64,000 nucleotides of DNA from a virus (taxonomy: Duplodnaviria; Caudoviricetes). Below are positions 41,133 through 49,767 of this stretch, in pieces. The stretch's first letter is position 1, and every line of letters begins with the position of its first letter. The stretch covers positions 32,959 through 96,958 of the IMG/VR virus record IMGVR_UViG_3300014205_000008. One strand, 5' to 3'. The position numbers and the translations under genes were made by a program. The notes beneath the pieces are model-generated. The model saw only the letters and a list, made by a program, of their open reading frames with translations. It did not search any database and was not told the DNA's origin.

Positions 41133-41501
41133 TCATATAAATAATTTTTCTGCTAAAAATCCTGAAAGCATTGCGGCAGATTCTATATCCTGTATACTAT
41201 ATTCTTCTAAAATCCTATCTTCTAAATGCCTTTTCTCATGACTAAGAGTATTGGTTTTTTCTTTAACTGATGTTTGTTTATATAAGAATATTGTTCCTTG
41301 TCGCTTACGAATATTTGTAAAAGCCATTCCCCCATCGTGTACGCCTTTAGAAACATTATTAATTATGTCTTCCGTATCCTCTTTGCTTATAGAAGCTATT
41401 TTAAGCCACCTTAAGAGACTTTCTGAATCCTTCTCGTGTTCTATCTCTATAAACAAGATATTATAATTATATAAAGGAATTTTAAATCTTTTTATTATCA
41501 T
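41133..41501 (-). CDS. HExxH metallopeptidase-like protein
   Basis: FKIPLY...TLSHEKRH...IESAAMLSGF. Confidence 0.5.
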   Translation of the reverse strand: MIIKRFKIPLYNYNILFIEIEHEKDSESLLRWLKIASISKEDTEDIINNVSKGVHDGGMAFTNIRKRQGTIFLYKQTSVKEKTNTLSHEKRHLEDRILEEYSIQDIESAAMLSGFLAEKLFI

Positions 41502-41502
41502 A

Positions 41503-43398
41503 TTATGCTGGTAAATTAGCTGGTCCTATTTTATTTATTACTACTCCTCCATAAGATATCCCAAATGTTCCTATCTCTGTAGATTTTACAGCAAAAGAAA
41601 TAACTGCATCGGTATATAAATCTAGCAATCCTCCTATAGAGAACGCAATGTTTACTCCGTCTGTAGAAGATGCTTTTACCTCTAGATTAGTTTGTTCTGC
41701 TCCATCTAAAAAGACGGCAATATTAACCTCTGAAGTTGTGCCAGCACCAGTAACAGTGTATTCAAAAGAACCATTTATATGTATATCATATACACCATAA
41801 TCAATTATAGTAAATCCAGCAGTACCTTGTGTTATATTATTATTTAATCCTTTTGTTAATCCGGTTATAGGAACCCATGTATCAATAGTTCCTATTGCAA
41901 GTCCAGACCTTGCTACTGCATATAAATTAGAGTATGTTGGTTCCCAATATAACCCCATTATGAAATCATATATACTGTCTGCTGTTACCAATGCGTTACT
42001 GGCAGAAGCTACAGCCCCTGTTATAATGCTTAAAGCTGGAGTTGTTGTTCCTGTAGCTACAGTTAGTTGATCTGTTGTGGAACTAGTTATGCTAGTTACT
42101 GTACCAACATCAGCTCCATCAGCAACGTTTATATGAGCTAATAACGTCGTTTTATTTATCCCTAAAGCAATAGTCCCTGCGCTTGTTATTGGGCTTCCTG
42201 AGTCCACTTCTATACCATCTGAACCGCTTATCGCTACACTTGTTACAGTGCCTCCTCCGGCTCCAGAAGTCATCTCTTGCCACAGACTACCATTGTACTG
42301 ATTAAACTTTTTAGTGGTTGTATTCCACACCATCATTCCTTCTACCGGGGATACTAATGCTAGTATTTCCAGATACGTATATGCATGATATTTTGCCCCT
42401 CCATAAGATATAAAGTGTTCTCCAATATTAACATCTCCAGTAGCTCCGGTGTAAGGTACTAATACTGATAAGTCTTGATCTCCAGTATTTGTGCCGCTAT
42501 TTGTTCCGGTAATATCAGAAAGCAAAGCTAGAGTACCTGCCGCATCAGGAATATTAACAATATGCCCTCCAGCGACAGCCGATCCCCGAACAACGCCGCC
42601 ATAAAGACTTGGATCTGAATTATTTGAGAAAGTAAGATTATTAGCAAATACTCCTGCTGTACCGGCAGGGTTGGTCCCGTAAACATTTCCTGTTGTGCTT
42701 AGGTTATTTGCACCTAAATTAACGTCTGTATTGGCTCCTGTATAGGGCACATACACATCTGTTGTGGCAGTTCCAATAGAATCAACAACATACTTCTTGG
42801 TAACAACGTCATAATCTACATTAGGTTCATAATTAAATCCATCTACTTCAGCAAAATCATATATGGTTCCTGTAATTACCCCTTTATAGTATATCTGGTT
42901 TTGCCCAGCATCATAATAGTTCCCAATTACTACTCTATACCCAAGTATAGTAGTTGCATTATCTCTTATTGTAATATATGTACCAATAGGAAACTCAGCT
43001 CTTATATCGCTTCCTATTACAGTTAACCCATAAACACCAGCGCTTACAGTAGTCCCATCTATAGGATAGATAGTCCCTGTGATTGCAGGTGTAGTACTTA
43101 GACTGTGCATTTGTTTTGTTCCGGTACTATATAAAACATCGTCTAGCACTGTTTGCGTTGCAGTGCTTATTGGTTTATCTAAGTCTGCTGTGTTGTCAAT
43201 ATTTCCTAATCCAAGTTGAGTTGCCGTAACTTGATGTGGATTATCTAAATCAGTTAAATGCGAAGAAATATTTGTGTCGCTTATCAACTGATTTATTTCG
43301 TCTGAGGTTAGTAATCTACTACCTGCCGCTGTATCGTTTAACTTTATTTCAGTAAGTTCTCCGCTACTGTTTATTGTTTGTAATTCTCTAATTGGCAT
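41503..43398 (-). CDS. Fibre-like structural protein
   Basis: NPHQVTATQLGLGNIDNTAD.DKPISTATQ; two VPYTGA..DVN.G; GTVTS repeats; C-terminal jelly-roll-like domain. Confidence 0.65.
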   Translation of the reverse strand: MPIRELQTINSSGELTEIKLNDTAAGSRLLTSDEINQLISDTNISSHLTDLDNPHQVTATQLGLGNIDNTADLDKPISTATQTVLDDVLYSTGTKQMHSLSTTPAITGTIYPIDGTTVSAGVYGLTVIGSDIRAEFPIGTYITIRDNATTILGYRVVIGNYYDAGQNQIYYKGVITGTIYDFAEVDGFNYEPNVDYDVVTKKYVVDSIGTATTDVYVPYTGANTDVNLGANNLSTTGNVYGTNPAGTAGVFANNLTFSNNSDPSLYGGVVRGSAVAGGHIVNIPDAAGTLALLSDITGTNSGTNTGDQDLSVLVPYTGATGDVNIGEHFISYGGAKYHAYTYLEILALVSPVEGMMVWNTTTKKFNQYNGSLWQEMTSGAGGGTVTSVAISGSDGIEVDSGSPITSAGTIALGINKTTLLAHINVADGADVGTVTSITSSTTDQLTVATGTTTPALSIITGAVASASNALVTADSIYDFIMGLYWEPTYSNLYAVARSGLAIGTIDTWVPITGLTKGLNNNITQGTAGFTIIDYGVYDIHINGSFEYTVTGAGTTSEVNIAVFLDGAEQTNLEVKASSTDGVNIAFSIGGLLDLYTDAVISFAVKSTEIGTFGISYGGVVINKIGPANLPA

Positions 43399-43402
43399 AA
43401 TT

Positions 43403-43969
43403 TTAAGTATTTTTTGTTACTTGATATCCATCGTGTAATACATATATTCCATTGTGTACTACATAAATATTACTATCTATTGCAGGTGTACCATATTCCA
43501 TTGATGGATTATCGACATAGATAGAAGACGTACCATCTCCTTCATAATCATAATTTCCTACTTCTTTTTCTAACATTATCATTATATTGAATGGGTTATC
43601 ATCAACAACTTCTCCAGTTGCTTCACAATAATACCATCCGTAAACGTCCTGTAATAGTAAATCTCCAGTAGTAATGTTTACACCTTCATACAAATCGAAG
43701 AGCATATCCATTGTACAAGAATCAGTTCTAGACTTAATTCTCATATACCTTCTGCCTCCTGTAGGCATCTTAGCATCTACAGAGAACACATATGATCCAA
43801 GATCCATTTGAGTGTATGGCTCTATAGTATAATGGTAACTGTGTTCATAATCCTCTATTAATTCAACCCCTTCATTAGGGTCTGCTCTACCAACCTTTGT
43901 GGTTATCTTCCTCAATCCGCCCTTTATCCAGCCTCGTATAAATTCTGGCTCTTTAACGTATTCATTCAT
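43403..43969 (-). CDS. Hypothetical (carbohydrate-binding-like beta) protein
   Basis: 188 aa, beta-rich, acidic; upstream of the fibre-like gene. Confidence 0.45.
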   Translation of the reverse strand: MNEYVKEPEFIRGWIKGGLRKITTKVGRADPNEGVELIEDYEHSYHYTIEPYTQMDLGSYVFSVDAKMPTGGRRYMRIKSRTDSCTMDMLFDLYEGVNITTGDLLLQDVYGWYYCEATGEVVDDNPFNIMIMLEKEVGNYDYEGDGTSSIYVDNPSMEYGTPAIDSNIYVVHNGIYVLHDGYQVTKNT

Positions 43970-44018
43970 ATTCTATTGTTATTAAACATAATTATTTCCT
44001 CTCTCCCTCTAGTGAATC

Positions 44019-44140
44019 GCCCAACTAAACAAACTCCTTTTGGAGAACAAACAGATTGGCCAACTCGAACCCAGTCGGTTTGATTTTTAAATGGTTTGAC
44101 CCGATCCACACTATATAATCCATAGATCAGTGAGTTGAGC
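44019..44140 (-). ncRNA. Putative structured RNA downstream of tRNA-Met
   Basis: Closing stem GCTCAACT/AGTTGGGC; internal GATCTAT/GTGGATC and CTCC-AAAA-GGAG hairpins; ORF-free and GC-elevated. Confidence 0.4.
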
Positions 44141-44192
44141 TCTTTTTACAGATACTTAAATTAATATAATTAAATATTAAAGTCTATTTTAG

Positions 44193-44266
44193 TAGCGGGT
44201 ATGGGACTCGAACCCATGATCTTGAGATTATGAAACTCACGAGATGACCAACTTCTCCAACCCACA
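44193..44266 (-). tRNA. tRNA-Met (CAT), initiator-like
   Basis: TGTGGGT TG GAGA AGTTGGTCA TCTC G TGAGT TTCATAA TCTCA AGATC ATGGG TTCGAGT CCCAT ACCCGCT A. Confidence 0.85.
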
Positions 44267-44271
44267 ATATT

Positions 44272-44436
44272 TTATTTAAAGATTAATTGTTCTATTACAT
44301 TCTCTTGTTTACTATCAACCCATTCTGCTAAAGACTTAGCTTGATAAGCTATTACAAGAGCCCATATTGCAATTATAAGTGTTATAATTCTTAACACCAT
44401 CTTTAAACTACTATAATGTTCTTTCTTATTTCCCAT
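44272..44436 (-). CDS. 54-aa single-TM protein
   Basis: MGNKKEHYSSLKMVLRIITLIIAIWALVIAYQAK...; just downstream of P4. Confidence 0.55.
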   Translation of the reverse strand: MGNKKEHYSSLKMVLRIITLIIAIWALVIAYQAKSLAEWVDSKQENVIEQLIFK

Positions 44437-44455
44437 TTAGTTTTCTTTAATTTTA

Positions 44456-44490
44456 CAAATATACAACAAAATAAAACAAAAGTCAAGTGT
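44456..44490 (-). promoter_or_regulatory. Late promoter P4
   Basis: ACACTTGAC-N18-TATATTTG. Confidence 0.8.
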
Positions 44491-44516
44491 TTTTGCAATT
44501 ATTTTTCATTTATTTT

Positions 44517-44801
44517 TTAACATATTGGTTTATAGATAATTGTACAGTTACATTTTGGACACGGGATTGATGAAGTTCCAGATGTATTAGTTTTGTTATA
44601 ATGTGATTGTATCCATCCGGTCCCTCCACATGTTTCACATATAGGAGGATATTGAGTAGAATACCACTCTTTATTTACATTTACTAAAAGTAGATTCGTC
44701 ATTTCTTCTGCGTTTAAAAGAATATTTATTATATTTTTTTTAGAGAGTCTATTATACATCTTAAACTTCTGTTCTCTAGTTTGTTCTACTATTTGTATCA
44801 T
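44517..44801 (-). CDS. Small protein with DnaJ-type zinc finger
   Basis: CETCGGTGW...CPKC. Confidence 0.55.
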   Translation of the reverse strand: MIQIVEQTREQKFKMYNRLSKKNIINILLNAEEMTNLLLVNVNKEWYSTQYPPICETCGGTGWIQSHYNKTNTSGTSSIPCPKCNCTIIYKPIC

Positions 44802-44902
44802 ATTTTAATCATTAAATTGTATGTGGTACATTAAAAGAAAATAAAGTATAAATACTATTGTTGATAAGAAAACTCCTATTGCAAATGTTAGTTTTCTATT
44901 TT

Positions 44903-45136
44903 TCATATCTTCTTAAAGTTAAATTTGTTTGGTTTAGCTATTTTAAAGCTTTTTGACTTATCTTTTATCCTAATTGATCCTTCCATTATCATATTAATAA
45001 ATTCTTCTTTAGAACGCTTTATAATCTCTTCTCCAATAATTCTAATTTCCCATGATTCAGGTACAAGTTCATCCATTAGTTCTTGATACTCTGTACCATC
45101 TATTAGTTCGTATTGTTTTGGAATTCTATATCTCAT
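44903..45136 (-). CDS. Hypothetical protein
   Basis: Likely start MRYRIPKQ. Confidence 0.45.
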   Translation of the reverse strand: MRYRIPKQYELIDGTEYQELMDELVPESWEIRIIGEEIIKRSKEEFINMIMEGSIRIKDKSKSFKIAKPNKFNFKKI

Positions 45137-45440
45137 GTTGATTCTCCCATTCTTTAGGTAATTCAGCTTCTCTGCTTTTCTTCCAGTTTTGGTAAGCCCT
45201 CCATTCATTATAATTTATCCACATTCCTTTTGGTGGTTTTTCTTCGTTCATTTTATAACATTCCTTTGGTGTAAGTGGATACATTTTAGTGACTTCTTCT
45301 TTCGTTATTCTATCAAATTCTTCCATTTGTCTTCCTGTCATGGGCAAGACAAATTGTTTATTTTCATCAATTGGTTTATCATATATCTCTTTGATCATCT
45401 CGTCTAGTTTCTCAAGAGAGAATTTATCTTTATTGTACAT
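45126..45440 (-). CDS. Hypothetical protein
   Basis: 104 aa ORF in operon. Confidence 0.5.
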   Translation of the reverse strand: MYNKDKFSLEKLDEMIKEIYDKPIDENKQFVLPMTGRQMEEFDRITKEEVTKMYPLTPKECYKMNEEKPPKGMWINYNEWRAYQNWKKSREAELPKEWENQHEI

Positions 45441-45449
45441 AATATATAT

Positions 45450-45845
45450 TTAATTAATCCTCATTTCATCCCATTCTACTTTACCGTCTTTAATGAGGTT
45501 TTTTATATTTTTTTGTTTAGTAGATAGTTGTGACTTACCACTCTTAACTTCTAAAAACACTATCTTATCTTCTTCAAATATAATGTAATCTATTGGCATT
45601 CCTATAAAGTGTGTTTCTTTAGGATTGTATTTAAAGTCCTTTAAGAAAGGAGCTAGATTTTCAGATATCTGTCCAAGTCTGACTTCTGAAGATTTCTTTT
45701 GGCTGAGAAGAGTAGAATACTTAATTTCAGACTCTTCAAGAAGTTTATTTTGTGTAGTTATTATTTTACCATACTTATATTGATCATAAAAAAATAATGC
45801 ACATAAAAGAATTGTTAAAATTATTAATAATATATTTTCTCCCAT
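45450..45845 (-). CDS. Holliday-junction-resolvase-like endonuclease (Endonuc_Holl family) with N-terminal TM
   Basis: SEVRLGQISENLAPFL...FIGMPIDYIIF...FLEVKSGKSQLSTKQKNI. Confidence 0.85.
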   Translation of the reverse strand: MGENILLIILTILLCALFFYDQYKYGKIITTQNKLLEESEIKYSTLLSQKKSSEVRLGQISENLAPFLKDFKYNPKETHFIGMPIDYIIFEEDKIVFLEVKSGKSQLSTKQKNIKNLIKDGKVEWDEMRIN

Positions 45846-45869
45846 ATTTTATATATTTTAGTTACAGTA

Positions 45870-45903
45870 CAAAGATACAACATATTACAGAAGAAGTCAA
45901 GTA
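45870..45903 (-). promoter_or_regulatory. Late promoter P5
   Basis: TACTTGAC-N18-TATCTTTG. Confidence 0.8.
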
Positions 45904-46078
45904 AATAGTCAATTATTTTTTTATTATTTTTTTTATAATTTTTTTGAGTAAGTGTCTGACGTATTTAACCCAATAAACATCCCCCTTATGTTTTTGCCAG
46001 TGGCAACCCCCGACCGCATTCGTGCTGTCTCTCGTGTTCCACAAACTTAACTATTTTATTCATTAAAAAAACATTATT

Positions 46079-46492
46079 ATGAATTATTCAGAATGGAAAA
46101 AGAACTACGATAAAAATAGTTCTAAGTACACTATTCCTGGTGCGCAACTTGAGATTGAAGAGGGTGAAGAAATACAATTCAATTGTACTTTCCCTAATAA
46201 AGTTGTGGATGTGATTGATCGTCCAATCTCATGGGATAAGAAAGACGACAATGGAAATACCATATCTTCTGGCTCTTCTATCTTCTCATTTGCTACTCTT
46301 GCTACTGTGGATGCAGCCGGCAAACATGGCAATGCAGTTGTGATGATCAATACAGACATGAAGTCTATTTTAGATGCTGGCGATCTATCTGGCGTTCATG
46401 GACTTGTGGCAGTTGGAAAGAAAGCGAATACGTCGGAAAACATCTACCCACGTTTCACATTCCAGATTGATCCACTGCTTGAGACTAAATAA
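46079..46492 (+). CDS. First plus-strand (putative early) gene, hypothetical
   Basis: 137 aa ORF with its own terminator; GC-richer codons than neighbours. Confidence 0.7.
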   Translation: MNYSEWKKNYDKNSSKYTIPGAQLEIEEGEEIQFNCTFPNKVVDVIDRPISWDKKDDNGNTISSGSSIFSFATLATVDAAGKHGNAVVMINTDMKSILDAGDLSGVHGLVAVGKKANTSENIYPRFTFQIDPLLETK

Positions 46493-46514
46493 CAGTCAAT
46501 AGCAAAACTTAATT

Positions 46515-46557
46515 GATACACTCATTGTGCCTTGTGCATAGTGAGCGTATCTTTTTT
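46515..46557 (+). terminator. Rho-independent terminator
   Basis: GATACACTCATTGTGC-CTTGT-GCATAGTGAGCGTATC followed by T6. Confidence 0.8.
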
Positions 46558-46644
46558 GTTTGTAGATTATCTATATAGGCTCGTTCATAATAATAGTTTT
46601 ATAGTTATAGGCTTAACTTGAAATATTAACCAATAATAAATATC

Positions 46645-46863
46645 ATGAAAACAATAGGTATACTTGGTGGTGATGAGCAAACATCACTTAACGGATTAAT
46701 TACAGCATTAGACAAGACAATTATTGAGGTAGTTGGTATTGATAACCAAGAAAGTCATACCTTTATTTTAACTAGAACTCCTAATTTAATTGAGCCATTT
46801 ATTTCCAATCCATTTACAAAAGGCAAAAAAGGATATCAACGATCCTATAAATATCATAGATAG
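46645..46863 (+). CDS. Hypothetical protein
   Basis: 72 aa ORF with A-rich leader. Confidence 0.55.
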   Translation: MKTIGILGGDEQTSLNGLITALDKTIIEVVGIDNQESHTFILTRTPNLIEPFISNPFTKGKKGYQRSYKYHR

Positions 46864-46903
46864 ATTGATTATAGGCTTGATTAATCACAAAATACATATT
46901 ACA

Positions 46904-47086
46904 ATGGAAGAGATCATAATCTACAAATACCAATTACAAATAATAATAGACGCTTTGCGTCTTACTGCTAATTATGGTGATTGTAGAAAAGGGCTGACTT
47001 GTTATGATAGGCAAGTTAGACAAGCTGAACAGTTTGCTATAAACGTAATGAATAATGAAAAAGATAAACAAGTTAAATACATGTAA
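46904..47086 (+). CDS. Hypothetical protein
   Basis: Likely start MEEIIIYKYQ; C..G.TCYDRQVRQA. Confidence 0.55.
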   Translation: MEEIIIYKYQLQIIIDALRLTANYGDCRKGLTCYDRQVRQAEQFAINVMNNEKDKQVKYM

Positions 47087-47240
47087 TATAACTAAATTCT
47101 TATCTAATAGCTAGACATTCATTATCATGATGAATATATAATTATCTTATTAGTATTAGTATAAACAGAGATGTTATATTAGTACAGATATTATAGTTAT
47201 ATTATTAACTTCTAAGCAGGAGTTATAAGAATTTATTTAA

Positions 47241-47305
47241 TCTCACTACAATATACTAGTAACCTAGTTGATAGCGTAATATAGGTCCGAATCTTATTGG
47301 TGGGA
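47241..47305 (+). ncRNA. tRNA-like element A (acceptor stem plus T-arm, no anticodon arm)
   Basis: TCTCACTA/TGGTGGGA stem; ATAGG-TCCGAAT-CTTAT T-arm; single ACTAG-TAAC-CTAGT hairpin between. Confidence 0.5.
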
Positions 47306-47339
47306 CAATCAATTTAATATAAAATTTAATATTAAAATC

Positions 47340-47570
47340 ATGGAAGATTTAACACAGTGCGTACTTTTCTACATTATTCTATTAATAATATATTTATTTA
47401 TAGGTATAATAACTTTTAGAATAGCGGAAAAGTATTATGAAGGAGATCCATCCGAAAGTGGATTTTTATTAATTGTTGGTGTGTTTTGGCCTATTACAAT
47501 TATCGTGTGGTTAATAGTTATTCTAATAATTAAGCCTATATATTGGCTAACCACAAAAATAATAAAATAA
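47340..47570 (+). CDS. Small membrane protein
   Basis: Two TM helices, FWP motif. Confidence 0.65.
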   Translation: MEDLTQCVLFYIILLIIYLFIGIITFRIAEKYYEGDPSESGFLLIVGVFWPITIIVWLIVILIIKPIYWLTTKIIK

Positions 47571-47574
47571 AAAA

Positions 47575-47685
47575 ATGTATTTAGTAACACAATTTATATT
47601 TGGATCAGGTATTGTACTAATTGTTATATGTATATTAGTAGCAGTATTATTTAATAACTTAATACATAGGAAATATGATAATTAG
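47575..47685 (+). CDS. 36-aa TM peptide
   Basis: MYLVTQFIFGSGIVLIVICILVAVLFNNLIHRKYDN. Confidence 0.45.
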   Translation: MYLVTQFIFGSGIVLIVICILVAVLFNNLIHRKYDN

Positions 47686-47872
47686 AATGATTCCATTACC
47701 AAACACAACACTTTATATCTATGGACACACTGAAGAAGGACAAATTATCTTCAGGACCAGTCATAATATACAATGTATACAATCAGAGAAAATAGAGATA
47801 AACCAAGAAATGTGTTATTTCTCATCTTACTTTATTCCAGAACAAATCTTATTAGATTTACCTCTGATATAA
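47675..47872 (+). CDS. Hypothetical protein
   Basis: 65 aa ORF. Confidence 0.5.
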   Translation: MIIRMIPLPNTTLYIYGHTEEGQIIFRTSHNIQCIQSEKIEINQEMCYFSSYFIPEQILLDLPLI

Positions 47873-48380
47873 CATAAACACTCCGGTTAAGCCGTTTCAG
47901 TTTATTGGCTTAAGTGTTTATTGTAAATGGCTTTACCTTACCATTATTATTAATTAATATACCAACGATAAGTACTATATATAATGCACTAATTGGTTTA
48001 TTTCTTCTTGTAGTCTTAAATGATATACACTGGAAGATGAATAACCCGTAATAGGCAATGTATAGTGGTGAAAAAATCTTATTATGCTGTTATTATTATT
48101 AAGAAATAGATTTACAAGTTTTGTAATTATTAAACTTGTGTAGTATACCTAAAGTTTGGATTGGTATATGAAATATACACTTAAATCTTAGACGTAAGAT
48201 GGTATAGTGCTAATGTCCATTCAATCAGTAGATTTGATTAACTAACATGTTATTATTTTTGTGCACAGATTTAATAACCTCTGGAAACATACTTAAAAAG
48301 TTCACCCGGGATACGGCTCAACTTAGCTCCTGGAACAGAACAATCCATTATAAGAACTACCTTATTTTGGATTTTTACCT

Positions 48381-48439
48381 AGTATAATAGTATAGTAATA
48401 TACGATTTGGAAATATGAGTTCGATTCTTATTTATACTA
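48381..48439 (+). ncRNA. tRNA-like element B (59-nt mini-cloverleaf, anticodon arm reduced)
   Basis: AGTATAA TA GTAT AGTAAT ATAC G ATT-TGGA-AAT ATGAG TTCGATT CTTAT TTATACT A. Confidence 0.65.
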
Positions 48440-48491
48440 CAATTATTACCAATACAATTAATCATAATTAATAATTTAATACTATTGCGCT

Positions 48492-48725
48492 ATAGCAAAA
48501 AATAGAAAGACCAACAAATCTGGTCGTAGAAGAAGTTTCCAAACCATTTATTCTGAACCTTTGTATAAGGTAACAGAAAGATACATTACTGATCATATGC
48601 TTGAAAAGGCTATTAGAGAAGGATTGTCTAAAAAACAAGCATTAGTTAAATATAGTAAAAACAGATACCATATTAATCCTTTTGCTTATCCTGTTAGAGA
48701 AGTAGTTCATTATTTAACAACCTAA
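48492..48725 (+). CDS. 77-aa basic protein with ATA at the start position (non-canonical start or lost ATG)
   Basis: Open frame IAKNRKTNKSGRRRSFQTIYSEP...VVHYLTT; in-frame stop shortly upstream. Confidence 0.45.
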   Translation: MAKNRKTNKSGRRRSFQTIYSEPLYKVTERYITDHMLEKAIREGLSKKQALVKYSKNRYHINPFAYPVREVVHYLTT

Positions 48726-48737
48726 TAACCAATCATC

Positions 48738-48941
48738 ATGACATACAAAGAATATCAAAAACTCGTAACAAAGGACACATTCGTAGCTATTAAAAAAGCT
48801 CAATTTGCCTTTAAACAATCGTTGAAGAACATTGATCTGCACCGTAAAGAACGTGCTATTCTGTTGAGACAGATAATTGATTCAAACACTCCCAAATGGG
48901 GTGGAATTAAGATTACAATAATTAATTATAGCAAGCTTTAA
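48738..48941 (+). CDS. Hypothetical basic protein
   Basis: 67 aa ORF. Confidence 0.55.
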   Translation: MTYKEYQKLVTKDTFVAIKKAQFAFKQSLKNIDLHRKERAILLRQIIDSNTPKWGGIKITIINYSKL

Positions 48942-48947
48942 ATACCT

Positions 48948-49080
48948 TTTACAAGTTTAAATAGTTAAGCGTTTTTACTGTAGGGGCCACTCCTAATTAC
49001 GCTCATCTTATACTGGTATATAATTAGATATATGCACTAGCTTTGATCTGCGTGTATGAGAAATCAGGAATACTTGTAAA
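48948..49080 (+). ncRNA. Putative multibranch structured RNA
   Basis: Closing TTTACAAGT/ACTTGTAAA; internal AGCGT/ACGCT, TAGGG-GCCAC-TCCTA, TCTTATAC/GTATGAGA. Confidence 0.5.
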
Positions 49081-49084
49081 TTAT

Positions 49085-49131
49085 AGAACCAGCAAGGAAG
49101 GATATAATATCTAACCTTGTTGGTTCTTTTT
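49085..49131 (+). terminator. Terminator-like hairpin
   Basis: AGAACCAGCAAGG...CCTTGTTGGTTCT followed by TTTT. Confidence 0.65.
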
Positions 49132-49263
49132 AACTGAATATTAATCTTTAATAAATAATATAATGAATACAAATCAAATAGAAGGATTCCCTCAAGAGAT
49201 TATTGATAAAATGATGGAAAGACAAGTTAAGCAGATTTATGAATATTATAAACATCAAAAAGA

Positions 49264-49647
49264 ATGTTCATAGAGCACATTAAATCATCTACTTTAAAGG
49301 AACTCATAAAGGAAATGATTATTAATTCTTATAAAGATAAAGATTTTAACTTTGTAAAATTTGTACTCGTTAAGACTCATGATGAAATAAATGAAGAAAA
49401 TATTGAGGAAAGAAATGATATTAAAAAACTAATAATTTTACTATCTAAAGAAGAAAGTGAAATTGAGGTTAAAAAAGTCATTAATAATTTCTTAATATAT
49501 AATTCATCTATAAGAGCTTTTATACCTACAGAGATTAATGATTATAATGATATTAAGAAGAAAATACCTGTTCTTAAAACATTATTTCCTGATGGGACGT
49601 GGGAAACCTCAAATGATGATTGGACTAAGAAATATTTTAAACAATAA
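49264..49647 (+). CDS. Hypothetical protein
   Basis: 127 aa ORF. Confidence 0.55.
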   Translation: MFIEHIKSSTLKELIKEMIINSYKDKDFNFVKFVLVKTHDEINEENIEERNDIKKLIILLSKEESEIEVKKVINNFLIYNSSIRAFIPTEINDYNDIKKKIPVLKTLFPDGTWETSNDDWTKKYFKQ

Positions 49648-49767
49648 TCATATGTTAGTACTTATTTATGACCCTATATTTGGATCAAGGTACATTGTGG
49701 TACCAATAGTTCCAAATGCTAAATAAAGGCCTTAAATGGCCTCTTAATGGCTGACAAAACCGTTACA

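Noticed and set aside
6065-45407. Short plus-strand ORFs antisense to virion genes (also minus-strand ORFs at 46105, 60751, 61273, 61557)
   Set aside because: Shadow frames of well-supported genes with no recognisable motifs
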